From the NCBI GenBank assembly GCA_963817915.1, contig CAWFQL010000009.1:160001-224000 (forward strand): a DNA stretch of 64,000 bases. The letters run 5' to 3'. Of the stretch, positions 32,007 through 42,089 are shown piece after piece (position 1 is the stretch's first letter; each line of letters opens with the position of its first letter). Origin of the DNA: an uncultured candidate division Zixibacteria bacterium (GTDB lineage: Bacteria > Zixibacteria > MSB-5A5 > UBA10806). The notes beneath the pieces are model-generated. The model saw only the letters and a program-made list of their open reading frames with translations. It made no database searches and was not told the DNA's origin. The position numbers and the translations under genes were made by a program.

Positions 32007-32744
32007 ATGTCGAAATCGGAAAAAACAATCGTCCTCCTCAGCGGCGGACTGGACTCTGTCACGGCGTTGTATTACGCGCACAAAAACTATTTATCATCTG
32101 TGAGAACGGGTGACCTCACCCGATCGACGCCAAATGTCGGGTCAGGCGACCCGACACCACAGCCAATCGCCGCTATCAGCTTCGATTACGGCTCCAAGCA
32201 CAACCACAAGGAACTGCCATTCGCCGAATATCATTGCAAAAAGCTTGGCGTGACTCATTCGACAGTCAAATTGGATTTCATCGATAAGCTGTTCTCGTCG
32301 AGCTTGCTCAAATCGGGCGGCGAGATCCCCGAGGGTCATTACGCCGATGACTCTATGCGGCAGACCGTGGTACCATTCCGCAATGGCATCATGCTATCGA
32401 TCGCGGCGGGGTACGCCGAGAGTATCGGCGCCAACTCTATCGTAATCGCGGCGCACGCGGGCGATCACTCTATCTACCCCGATTGCCGCGAAGATTATAT
32501 GCGCGCTATGGATGACGCTATCGCCAAAGGCACATATGCCGGTATTCATATTCTGCGGCCATTTATATCAATGACCAAGGCGCAGATCGTAACCGCCGGT
32601 ATCGAGCTCGGTATCGATTACACCAAGACCTGGTCATGCTATAAGGGCGGTGAGATTCATTGCGGACGATGCGGCACCTGTGTCGAACGCCGCGAAGCCT
32701 TCAACTTCGCCGGAGTAGAGGACAGTACGAAGTACGAAGCATAA
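32007..32744 (+). CDS. queC: 7-cyano-7-deazaguanine synthase with an in-frame 21-codon palindromic insertion
   Basis: SGGLDS, VPFRNG, YPDCR, TWSCY...HCGRCGTC. Confidence 0.96.
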   Translation: MSKSEKTIVLLSGGLDSVTALYYAHKNYLSSVRTGDLTRSTPNVGSGDPTPQPIAAISFDYGSKHNHKELPFAEYHCKKLGVTHSTVKLDFIDKLFSSSLLKSGGEIPEGHYADDSMRQTVVPFRNGIMLSIAAGYAESIGANSIVIAAHAGDHSIYPDCREDYMRAMDDAIAKGTYAGIHILRPFISMTKAQIVTAGIELGIDYTKTWSCYKGGEIHCGRCGTCVERREAFNFAGVEDSTKYEA

Positions 32745-33041
32745 ATGTATCGTAGGGGCACAATATATTGTGCCCAATGTGTGGGAGAGGTGAGTCGGAA
32801 GGAGGGGATTGCTGGCGACGGGAGAAATAAGCTAAATAACTATTGATATCCATTTTAAAATCGCTATATTAAAGCCGTCAGGGTTGAAAAAATAAATTAA
32901 GAAATAGGTAGGTCAAAATCATTATTGTTTCGACATTACGAAAATAAGAAAGCGCTAGTCAAGTGAAAAGATGATCATTTGTAATAAGATAAAGATGAAA
33001 CTTCATCAAGAGGACATAGCTAATTTCAAGGGAGAGCAAAA

Positions 33042-35174
33042 TTGGATGAATTTGTGAGCGATATTCTTGGAAGTTCGTATTTAGATATTTCTCAGAAGAG
33101 ATTTTGCTCATACCCACGCAATAAAATCAGATTACTAGCTCCCGCTGGAAGTGGGAAATCCAATTGTATTTTGTGGCGCTGCCTGAATATTCAACAATTG
33201 AATCCGAAAACTCCATCGAAATACATTGTCTTCACCTTCACAAAAATTGCATGCGAAGAGTTGAACAACAGACTGAATAAAGACAGAGCTTTTGAATCTC
33301 TAAAGGGGGTTGTAGAAATTACAACCCTAAATGCTTGGGGATGGAAATATATAAAATTGCATACGCGCGGAATTAATCTGATAGACACTACAAAAGCTCA
33401 ATACTCTTATATTTATTATTCATTAAGACCAGTTTGGCAATGCTATCCTAAAATAGAATATTTAATAAAGGAAAACGGTTCTGACGTAATTAAGGTTATT
33501 TATAATTCGATGGAAATTCTCAAATCGCTTGGTTTTCGGCACGATATTCACAATACTTTTGATATATTTCTAAAACATATGGATTACTTAATGCGAACGA
33601 GAATGGGGATTCGGATTAATGAACTAATCAAAAACCTTAAATCAATCAATATTATTGATTTAATTAATAATGATGAAACTTTATATAAGGCTTTTTATGA
33701 TTCGTTTTGGACTTTTTGGCTACAGGGATGCATATATTTGAACCATAAACGTCAATATACTTGGGAAGATCAGAAATACTGGCCTTTGATCGAACTCGAT
33801 AAATTATCTTCTGATAGCGAAATTAGGCATCTCCCCAATTATTCCTCCATATTTGTTGATGAATTCCAGGATATTAATATGCTTGACTTAAATTTATTGA
33901 AAACAATTGCTAAAATAAGCAATACTGATATTACAATTATAGGAGACGATGACCAGGCAATTTACGAATGGAGAGGTGCTACGCCTGAATTTATTCTAAA
34001 TCCGGACACATTTTTATCGGATGAGTATTTTACTATTACTTTGGGCGTCAATTATAGATCACCTACGAACATAATAGAATACACTCAAAGATTAATTAAA
34101 AACAATTTAAATAGAGTCGCCAAGGAAGTTGTCGCTAATTCTAACAATGAAGCCATTGTTGAGGCATTATACTTTGCAAATATTGGTGAAACATCAGCTT
34201 GGGTAATGGATTACATTAATGGATTCTTGAAAAAATCAGACATGACAACAATTGCATTAATTGCTCGAAAACGAAGTCAAATTATACCATATCAAATTAA
34301 ATTTGCTCTAGAAGGTATTCAGTATTATTGCGACGATGACCTACAGATATTTTTAAGCGATACATTCAATGAATTCAGAAATATTATGCTAATAAAATCG
34401 AATTTGGGGAAGCTAAACAGAAATAGTGCTGAGGTTGTTGAGGACTTTTTAAAAATCTGCGATTTTGTAAAAAAATACCGCGTAAAATCAAATGATAAAA
34501 ATGAAATAGGGAAATATCTAAATTCCAAACGTCCCTCAAATTTTGAAGCAGCTCTAAATATATTTAAATATTATTCTGGAGAATTAAAGGGCAACAATAG
34601 AAATGGAAAGATGACATTACTATTTTACGACATAATAAAAGAATTCGTCTCTGCAAATACCGTGACTGCTACAATCGAGTTCATAAATTCGTGCTTTCAA
34701 GGTCTTCAAAAGGACTATTCAAAAGCAATTGATGACGTTTTTTATGTTGATCCGCCATTTTTGTATCTAAGCGATTATGCACGAACATATGGTGATGATT
34801 ATTGTAAATTTTCAAATGATCTTACGCAAGCATGCGAAATGCTGGCCACGGTTTCAAGGGAATATAAAAGTGAGACGCAATTATTTAGGCTGCCATTGCA
34901 TCTTATGACTCCATTTCGAACCAAGGGAAAAGAATATGACGAAGTAATTATTCTAGATGCAAATGAAGGTATTTGGCCCATAAAATATGCTATTACACCT
35001 GATACGCTCGAAGCTGAACGCCGTCTATTTTATGTAGCCACAACGAGAACTCGCAATAAATTAAGTTTTCTTGTGAATTATAAAATGCTGGGAGAAAATA
35101 CTTCTAAAAGCCGTTTCCTTGATGAAATGGGTATAGCTCTTACTAGCCCTTTTATGAAAGTGCAAAATGTTTAG
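33042..35174 (+). CDS. UvrD/Rep-like superfamily 1 helicase, low GC
   Basis: APAGSGKS, VDEFQD, GDDDQAIYEWRGA, NYRS, ERRLFYVATTR. Confidence 0.9.
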   Translation: MDEFVSDILGSSYLDISQKRFCSYPRNKIRLLAPAGSGKSNCILWRCLNIQQLNPKTPSKYIVFTFTKIACEELNNRLNKDRAFESLKGVVEITTLNAWGWKYIKLHTRGINLIDTTKAQYSYIYYSLRPVWQCYPKIEYLIKENGSDVIKVIYNSMEILKSLGFRHDIHNTFDIFLKHMDYLMRTRMGIRINELIKNLKSINIIDLINNDETLYKAFYDSFWTFWLQGCIYLNHKRQYTWEDQKYWPLIELDKLSSDSEIRHLPNYSSIFVDEFQDINMLDLNLLKTIAKISNTDITIIGDDDQAIYEWRGATPEFILNPDTFLSDEYFTITLGVNYRSPTNIIEYTQRLIKNNLNRVAKEVVANSNNEAIVEALYFANIGETSAWVMDYINGFLKKSDMTTIALIARKRSQIIPYQIKFALEGIQYYCDDDLQIFLSDTFNEFRNIMLIKSNLGKLNRNSAEVVEDFLKICDFVKKYRVKSNDKNEIGKYLNSKRPSNFEAALNIFKYYSGELKGNNRNGKMTLLFYDIIKEFVSANTVTATIEFINSCFQGLQKDYSKAIDDVFYVDPPFLYLSDYARTYGDDYCKFSNDLTQACEMLATVSREYKSETQLFRLPLHLMTPFRTKGKEYDEVIILDANEGIWPIKYAITPDTLEAERRLFYVATTRTRNKLSFLVNYKMLGENTSKSRFLDEMGIALTSPFMKVQNV

Positions 35175-35292
35175 TCAATTACGATGTTTCTTTTTCTAGC
35201 CTTCGATTGTCCCCAGCAGCCCCTTCCGGTTCTCTTTCAAATCACTCTTGCCTCTTTTGGCGGCATATCTTATCATACAGGTGTTTGCGGAT

Positions 35293-35365
35293 GCCCCCGT
35301 AGCTCAGATGGATAGAGCAGCGGCCTCCGGAGCCGTGTGCGGCCGTTCAAGTCGGCCCGGGGGTA
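35293..35365 (+). tRNA. tRNA-Arg (CCG), CCA not encoded
   Basis: GCCCCCG acceptor stem, GCGGC-CTCCGGA-GCCGT anticodon arm; upstream TTGCCT-N17-TATCAT promoter. Confidence 0.95.
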
Positions 35366-35377
35366 TTTTGATTTTGA

Positions 35378-35767
35378 GTAGGTCGAAACCTTTATGGTTT
35401 CGACAATTTGTATTAGGTGCTCGGATTCTTGGTAGAGATCGCAAAATCTTGCGTCTCTACATGATGTAGGGGCGTTTGACGAAAACGCCCATCAAAGCCG
35501 TAGGGGCACAATACATTGTGCCCGCAGCCCTAGATTCCTGCCGGTCAGAGGCCCGGCCCTTGACGGGCTTTCGCAGGAATGACAGGCAATGCAAGTTGTA
35601 GGTCGGGTTCCGAATGAGCGCAGCGATTGAGTAACCCGACAACTTTGACAAGATAAGATGGATTCCCGCATTCGCGGGAATGACAACAGGGGATTGGTAA
35701 TCGTCAGAATGGGATTCTTGACGACGCAATAAATTTCCGTAGGGGCGGGTTTGAAACCCGCCCCTAC
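35378..35767. repeat. Dense array of about eight heterogeneous REP-like palindromes
   Basis: GTAGAGA...GTCTCTAC, GTAGGGGCACAATACATTGTGCCC, GATTCCCGCATTCGCGGGAATGAC, GTAGGGGCGGGTTTGAAACCCGCCCCTAC and others. Confidence 0.85.
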
Positions 35768-35815
35768 ACGAGATAATGTGAAAAATACAATAACTTTGAC
35801 GAAATAAAGGTAAAG

Positions 35816-37531
35816 ATGCTCTGGAGCCAAACATTTATTCCAACATTGCGGGATGATCCGGCCGACGCCGTAATCGATTCCCATAAGCTACTGGTCCGCG
35901 CTGGATATATCCGTCAACTTACCGCAGGAGTATACAACTATCTGCCGTTGATGCACCGATCCTTGCAACGAATCATGACCATCATCCGTGACGAGATGGA
36001 CGCGGCAGGCGGTATCGAGGTTACCATGCCGGTACTGCATCCAGCCGAGCTCTGGCAGAAATCGGGACGATGGGACGTTGTCGGCAAAGAGCAGATGCGC
36101 ATGAAAGACCGCCATCAACGAGACCTGGTACTCGGCGGCACCCACGAGGAGGTCGTCACCTGGATTGTCCGCGGCGAGCTGCGCAGCTATCGTCAATTGC
36201 CGAAAAATATCTATCAGATACAGGTCAAATTCCGCGATGAGAAACGGCCCCGTTTCGGGCTGATGCGCGGACGAGAATTCATCATGAAGGACGCTTACAC
36301 TTTCGATGTAGATACCAAGGGCCTCCAGAGAGCCTATGACAATATGGCCAATACCTATTTCAAGATATTCCGCCGTTGCGGCTTCGATATCAAGATGGTC
36401 GAATCGGATGTCGGCGCCATGGGCGGCACCGGCGCGCATGAATTCATGGTGCTGGTCAATACCCAGGGCGGCGAAGAGGTCATCCTTTCATGCGATCATT
36501 GCGAATACTCCGCCAATGTTGAGAAGGCCACATCGATTGTAATGACCGATGAGCCGAGCCACGAGGAGCCGAAGGAAAAGGGAATGGTATTCACGCCCGG
36601 CATGAAGACTGTCGAGGAAGTGACATCATTCCTAAAGGTCGGGCCGGAGAAGCTCGTGAAGACATTGCTCTATCAGGCTGACGGCGAAACCGTAGCCGCC
36701 TTGATCCGCGGCGATCGCGATATCAATGAAATCAAATTGAAAAATCATCTCCGCTGCCTCGAATTGGAAATGGCGCCGCCGGAAGTCGTGACTCGAGTTA
36801 CAGGGGCGACGGTTGGATTCGCCGGACCGATCGGCTTGAAGGGGATTAGAATAATCGCCGACACCGAAGTTAGAGTTATGCGTAATTTCGTTGTCGGAGC
36901 CAATAAAGACGATACGCATATCATCAATGTCAATCTGCAGGACTTTGATGTCGAAGGTTACGCCGAAATCCGCAAGGCCGAGGCTGGTGAAATCTGCCCG
37001 CGCTGCAATCAGGGCCGCTTACAAGCATATTCCGGTATCGAGGTCGGCAATATATTCCAACTCGGCACCAAATATTCGGAAGCGTTGGGAGCAAATTTCA
37101 TCGATGCCGACGGTAATGAGCGGCCATTTGTCATGGGTTCGTACGGTATCGGAGTCACCAGAACCGCTCAGGCGGCTATCGAGGCTTTCCACGATGCCAA
37201 GGGGATTATCTGGCCGAAAAATATCGCGCCGTATGATTTCCTTATAGTCTTGTTGGGTATCGATGATCCCCGTCAAAAAGAGGTCGCCTTCGGTATCTAC
37301 GATGAGCTCCAGAAAAAAGGCTACAGTGTCCTCCTTGATGACCGTGATGAACGACCCGGTGTCAAATTCAATGACGCCGACCTTATCGGTATTCCGATTA
37401 GGATCGCTGTAGGCGAAAAGGGCCTAAAAGAGGGCAAAATCGAAATTGTCCGCAGAAAAGACCTCAAAATGGAAAAAGTCGCGGTCGAGAATGCGGTCGA
37501 ACAGATAATAAAGACCTGGAACGAGCTTTAA
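35816..37531 (+). CDS. proS: Prolyl-tRNA synthetase (bacterial type with editing domain)
   Basis: FRDEKRPRFGLMRGREF, IEVGNIFQLG, MGSYGIG. Confidence 0.98.
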   Translation: MLWSQTFIPTLRDDPADAVIDSHKLLVRAGYIRQLTAGVYNYLPLMHRSLQRIMTIIRDEMDAAGGIEVTMPVLHPAELWQKSGRWDVVGKEQMRMKDRHQRDLVLGGTHEEVVTWIVRGELRSYRQLPKNIYQIQVKFRDEKRPRFGLMRGREFIMKDAYTFDVDTKGLQRAYDNMANTYFKIFRRCGFDIKMVESDVGAMGGTGAHEFMVLVNTQGGEEVILSCDHCEYSANVEKATSIVMTDEPSHEEPKEKGMVFTPGMKTVEEVTSFLKVGPEKLVKTLLYQADGETVAALIRGDRDINEIKLKNHLRCLELEMAPPEVVTRVTGATVGFAGPIGLKGIRIIADTEVRVMRNFVVGANKDDTHIINVNLQDFDVEGYAEIRKAEAGEICPRCNQGRLQAYSGIEVGNIFQLGTKYSEALGANFIDADGNERPFVMGSYGIGVTRTAQAAIEAFHDAKGIIWPKNIAPYDFLIVLLGIDDPRQKEVAFGIYDELQKKGYSVLLDDRDERPGVKFNDADLIGIPIRIAVGEKGLKEGKIEIVRRKDLKMEKVAVENAVEQIIKTWNEL

Positions 37532-37538
37532 AAAATAC

Positions 37539-37601
37539 TTGCATTTAAATTGCTAATCTGCTATAATTTAGGCTTCTAGAGTGGGTCAGACCCACTCTTT
37601 T
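37539..37601 (+). promoter_or_regulatory. rimP promoter and rimP-leader attenuator hairpin
   Basis: TTGCAT-N17-TATAAT with extended TG; AGAGTGGG-TCAGA-CCCACTCTTTT at 37578-37601. Confidence 0.8.
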
Positions 37602-37641
37602 GGTATGCAGTGATTAATTTATTCTCTACTACCAGGCAGAT

Positions 37642-38088
37642 ATGAAGATAAACGTGGATGAATTAAGGAGTAAATTGGAACCAATGGCCGAGGCTTTAGG
37701 GTTCGAATTAGTAGAGTTAACGGCGCCCGTGGTTGGGGGCAGGCTGATATTAAGGGCATTTATTCATTCCCCCAATGGTGTTAGGTTGGATGATTGCGCC
37801 AGAGTCAGCCGCGAATTTTCCGATCTCCTCGATACTGACGATCTTGTAAAGACGCGCTATACTTTGGAGGTTTCATCGCTGGGACTCGATAAGCCGTTGA
37901 TGAATTTAAAGGATTTTCAACGAAGAGTGGGCGAGAAGGTTAAAATTAAGTACACATTGGAAGATAAGGAAATGACCGTGCAGGGGATTCTGAAAAATGC
38001 TGATGAATCTTCTATCGGTCTCGATACAGGTGATGAAATAATAATGATTCCTGTGGCCGCAAATCCTAAGGGCAAAATTATTATCTGA
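37642..38088 (+). CDS. rimP: Ribosome maturation factor RimP
   Basis: LDDCARVSR, YTLEVSS; position before nusA. Confidence 0.95.
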   Translation: MKINVDELRSKLEPMAEALGFELVELTAPVVGGRLILRAFIHSPNGVRLDDCARVSREFSDLLDTDDLVKTRYTLEVSSLGLDKPLMNLKDFQRRVGEKVKIKYTLEDKEMTVQGILKNADESSIGLDTGDEIIMIPVAANPKGKIII

Positions 38089-38114
38089 ATGGATTCGGCA
38101 CGGAGGGTTTTAAG

Positions 38115-39464
38115 ATGAATTATGATATTATAGAAGCATTTGGACAAATCGCTCAGGAGAAAAATCTTGAGCTTGAGTATGTTATGGAGACTGTCAAGAC
38201 AGCTCTCAAATCGGCAGTCAAGAAAAAATACAACGTCGAGTCGGATGATAATATCCGGGTCGAGATAAATCGAGCTGAAGGCGAAATCCAGGTTTTCCTT
38301 ACTAAGAAAGTCGTCGAAAACGTTGTAAATCCTATTCTCGAAATGTCTGTCGAAGAAGCGTCGGAATTCTATGAAGACGTGGAACTCGGGCAGGAGCTTG
38401 ATGTGCCATTGCCATTCGAGGAATTTGGCCGCAACGCTATCTCCACAGCCAAGCAGATATTGATTCAGCGTGTCCGCGAGGCCGAACGCGAGAAAATATT
38501 CCAGGAATACAAAGACCGTGTCGGCGAACTGGTCACGGGCAATGTACAGCAGGTTGATAAAGGCAATATCATTGTCAATCTGGGCCGAGCCGAAGCGGTG
38601 ATCACATCGCGCGAACAGATCAAAAAAGAAAAATTCCGCCAGGGCGACAGGATTCGTGCGGTCATTGTCGCGGTCGAGGATACCAATCGCGGCCCGCAGA
38701 TATCGCTATCCCGTGCATCCAATGATTTCCTGCGCAAGCTATTCGAAATGGAAGTCCCTGAATTAGCCGAAAAAATTATCGATATCAAGGCAATGGCCCG
38801 TGAAGCCGGTGAAAGATCAAAAGTCGCCGTCTACTCCAATGACGACAGAATTGACGCGGTCGGTGCTTGTGTCGGTGTCAAGGGTGTCAGAGTCCAGAAT
38901 ATTGTCAGGGAGCTTAACAACGAACGTATCGATATCGTACCCTGGTCATCGGAGCCGATGATATTCGTAACTAAGGCACTCGCTCCCGCTAAGATTGTCA
39001 ATGTCGATGTTTATCCCATAGATCGTAAAATGCTGGTCGCCGTGGCCGATGATAAATTGTCATTGGCTATTGGTAAGGCCGGACAAAATGCGCGTTTGGC
39101 TGCCAAGTTGACAGGATGGAAAATCAATATCATGTCAGCTACCGAATATGACGCGTTGAAGAAATCCGAAGAAGAGAAGCTTGTCGATATCGAAACAGTC
39201 GAAGCTATCGCGCCGAAAATGATTCAAAAACTCATTCAGGCCGGATTCGAAACCGCGCAGGATATTTTGGCCGCCGATATTGAACGGCTCACTAAGATCG
39301 AGGGCGTCGGCGATAAAACAGCGGAAAAGATTGTCGAAGCTGCGAAGCAAGCGGTCGAAAAGGCTGAAGAAGAATTAGCCAGGCAGGAATCTGCTGTAAG
39401 TGTTAAACCTGAAATGGAATTTTCTCCCGACGATGAAAGCCAGCCAAGACCTGAGGATTATTAG
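38115..39464 (+). CDS. nusA: Transcription termination factor NusA
   Basis: FGRNAI, GACVGVKG, AIGKAGQNARLAAKLTGW. Confidence 0.98.
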   Translation: MNYDIIEAFGQIAQEKNLELEYVMETVKTALKSAVKKKYNVESDDNIRVEINRAEGEIQVFLTKKVVENVVNPILEMSVEEASEFYEDVELGQELDVPLPFEEFGRNAISTAKQILIQRVREAEREKIFQEYKDRVGELVTGNVQQVDKGNIIVNLGRAEAVITSREQIKKEKFRQGDRIRAVIVAVEDTNRGPQISLSRASNDFLRKLFEMEVPELAEKIIDIKAMAREAGERSKVAVYSNDDRIDAVGACVGVKGVRVQNIVRELNNERIDIVPWSSEPMIFVTKALAPAKIVNVDVYPIDRKMLVAVADDKLSLAIGKAGQNARLAAKLTGWKINIMSATEYDALKKSEEEKLVDIETVEAIAPKMIQKLIQAGFETAQDILAADIERLTKIEGVGDKTAEKIVEAAKQAVEKAEEELARQESAVSVKPEMEFSPDDESQPRPEDY

Positions 39465-39545
39465 TTATCGGATTTATCGTGGAGAAACATATTAATGGAC
39501 TCTATTAATTGGAAAAAGAATTTCTTGAATATTGGCGGGTAAGTT

Positions 39546-41804
39546 ATGGCAACTAAAAGATTATATGATCTGGCAAAGGAGTATAACGTATCATCGAAGG
39601 CTATGGTCGACATAGTTAAAGAGCTGGGATTTGATATTAAATCTCACTCGTCGACCGCGTCGGATGAAGTTGTAATCGCTGTCCAGAAGAGATTCGCCTC
39701 CGAAAAAGAAGAGGTGAAAAAAGAGATAGAAGAAAAGAAGAGAAAGGCCGAAGCTCGACATCTCGCCGACGAAGAAGCTGTTCGCAAGAGACAGGAAACC
39801 GAGCGAAAAATGCTTGCGGAATTGCGTCAGACTAAGAAAAAAGAAATAAAGCAGGTTGAGAAAAAGGCCGTAATCGTCAAAAAGAAAAAAGATCGTCGCA
39901 AAAAGAAGCGCGAACGGATTGTTGATATAAAAGCTGTCCAGGCAAGTTTCAAAAAAACAATGTCGAGTCTCGAAATCGGCAAAAAGAAAAAGTATAGACA
40001 CCGTGATGATAAGGGCGAGCTCCTGCCCGGAGAAGTCTTGGCCGAGAATGTCATCAAAGTCACCGAATTCATGACTGTATCGGAATTAGCTGGACTAATG
40101 GATGTCAAGCCGGCGGCGCTGGTCGCGAAGTGCATGGAAATGGGAATGATGGCTACGATCAATCAACGTCTGGACCTCGATACTATTGGCACCCTTGCCC
40201 TGGAATTCGGATTCAATATCGAAGAATCTAAGCTGATTGGTGAAGAGGAAGCGGCAGATTATGACGCTTCAGAAAATTTGCAGCATAGAGCCCCGGTCGT
40301 CACAATCATGGGGCATGTCGATCATGGCAAGACTTCGCTTCTCGATTATATCAGAAAATCCAATATCATCGCCGGCGAATCCGGAGGAATAACCCAGCAC
40401 ATCGGCGCCTATGAAGTAATTCTCCCCGGAGGCGCGATAACGTTCCTTGATACTCCCGGTCACCAGGCGTTTTCATCGATGAGAGCCAGAGGCGCGCATG
40501 TTACCGATGTCGTAGTACTGGTTGTCGCCGCGGACGATGCGGTAATGCCGCAGACTATTGAAGCTATAGATCATGCTCGTGCCGCTGGAGTTCCGATCCT
40601 TGTCGCAATTAATAAGATCGATCTGCCAGCCGCGAATATCGATAAAATAAAAGAACAGCTTGGAAAGCATAATTTAATTACGGAAGAATGGGGCGGAAAA
40701 ACTGTCATGGTCGAAATCTCTGCCAAGACCGGCAAGGGAATAGACAAATTACTCGAAATGATTCTGCTTCAGACCGAAATGCTTGAATTAAAAGCCAACC
40801 CCGATAGATTAGCGCGCGGCGTAATTATCGAAGCCAAGCTCGATAGGGGCAAAGGGCCTGTGTGCACCGTTCTTATTCAGAAGGGCACTTTGAGGATTGG
40901 AGATCCGTTCGTTACCGGCAATAATTATGGCCGTGTTCGCGCCATGCACGATGAAAGAGGAAATATTATTTATGAGGCACCTCCGTCGACACCCGTTCAA
41001 ATTCTCGGCTCAAATGGCGTGCCTCAAGCCGGAGACCCATTTACGGTAGTGGAAGGCGAAAGCGAAGCTCGCACAATCGCGCAGAAACGTTTCCGGCTAA
41101 AACGAGAAAAAGATTTCCATATGCTCAAGCGTCTTACCCTGACCGAGGTTTATGATCGAATCAAAGAAGGCGAAATCAAAGACCTCAATTTGATTATCAA
41201 GGGAGATGTGGACGGATCAGCGGAAGCGTTGGCCGATACTCTGGCGCGTATCCAGCATAAAGAGGTGAAGATCAATGTTATTCATAGGGGTGTCGGCGCG
41301 ATTTCAGAATCGGATGTTCTATTAGCCGCCGCCTCTCAGGCAATTATCATCGGCTTCCATGTCAGACCTGAAACCAGGGCCGCCGAATTGGCCGCGCATG
41401 AAAAAGTCGATATCAGATTGTATAAGATTATTTATGAAGTCGAAGCCGACATTAAGGCCGCGTTAGAGGGGCTGCTTGCTCCGGAAATAGTGAAAGTGGC
41501 TCTTGGCGAAATCGAAGTTCGACAAATATTCAAGGTCTCCAGATCCGGCGCTATTGCGGGCAGTATGGTCAAGAGCGGTATTGCTAAACGCGGCGCCAGA
41601 GTCGAAGTATTTCGAAATGGTGTTAAGTTAGGTGATGGCGTCATATCTTCATTAAAGAGATTCAAAGATGATGTCAAAGAAGTCGCCGCGGGTTACGAAT
41701 GTGGAATAGTTGTCGATCCCGATTTAGGATTGGAAACTGGAGATATTATCAAGGCATTTACTGAAGTCGAGGAGGCTCGCCGGCTGGAACCGGGTATGAT
41801 TTAG
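39546..41804 (+). CDS. infB: Translation initiation factor IF-2
   Basis: GHVDHGKT, DTPGH, NKID. Confidence 0.99.
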   Translation: MATKRLYDLAKEYNVSSKAMVDIVKELGFDIKSHSSTASDEVVIAVQKRFASEKEEVKKEIEEKKRKAEARHLADEEAVRKRQETERKMLAELRQTKKKEIKQVEKKAVIVKKKKDRRKKKRERIVDIKAVQASFKKTMSSLEIGKKKKYRHRDDKGELLPGEVLAENVIKVTEFMTVSELAGLMDVKPAALVAKCMEMGMMATINQRLDLDTIGTLALEFGFNIEESKLIGEEEAADYDASENLQHRAPVVTIMGHVDHGKTSLLDYIRKSNIIAGESGGITQHIGAYEVILPGGAITFLDTPGHQAFSSMRARGAHVTDVVVLVVAADDAVMPQTIEAIDHARAAGVPILVAINKIDLPAANIDKIKEQLGKHNLITEEWGGKTVMVEISAKTGKGIDKLLEMILLQTEMLELKANPDRLARGVIIEAKLDRGKGPVCTVLIQKGTLRIGDPFVTGNNYGRVRAMHDERGNIIYEAPPSTPVQILGSNGVPQAGDPFTVVEGESEARTIAQKRFRLKREKDFHMLKRLTLTEVYDRIKEGEIKDLNLIIKGDVDGSAEALADTLARIQHKEVKINVIHRGVGAISESDVLLAAASQAIIIGFHVRPETRAAELAAHEKVDIRLYKIIYEVEADIKAALEGLLAPEIVKVALGEIEVRQIFKVSRSGAIAGSMVKSGIAKRGARVEVFRNGVKLGDGVISSLKRFKDDVKEVAAGYECGIVVDPDLGLETGDIIKAFTEVEEARRLEPGMI

Positions 41805-42086
41805 ATGGTTGTCGGAGTTTTAACTATCGAGCTTTCTATTCCTCAGGCTGATTCCCTTAAAGATAAAAGAAGGGTTTTAAAGAGCATAAAGGATAAGGTA
41901 CGTAATGCCTTCAATGTCTCTGTGTCCGAAATAGGCGAACAGGATATCTGGCGCACTGCTCTGCTCGGTGTTGCGGTTATTTCGGAAGATGCCGGTTATG
42001 CAAATGGTGTTCTTTCACGGGTACAGGATCTGGTGCGCGATCGCACCGAAGCTATAATGACCAATTGCCAACTCGAATGGCGGTAA
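41805..42086 (+). CDS. ylxP: DUF503 (YlxP-like) protein
   Basis: SLKDKRRVLKS...FNVSVSE; position between infB and rbfA. Confidence 0.9.
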   Translation: MVVGVLTIELSIPQADSLKDKRRVLKSIKDKVRNAFNVSVSEIGEQDIWRTALLGVAVISEDAGYANGVLSRVQDLVRDRTEAIMTNCQLEWR

Positions 42087-42089
42087 AAA

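Noticed and set aside
33042..35174. Gabija system (GajB)
   Set aside because: No adjacent GajA/OLD nuclease gene
35378..35767. Possible CRISPR array
   Set aside because: Units differ in sequence and spacing, are self-palindromic REP types, and no cas genes are present
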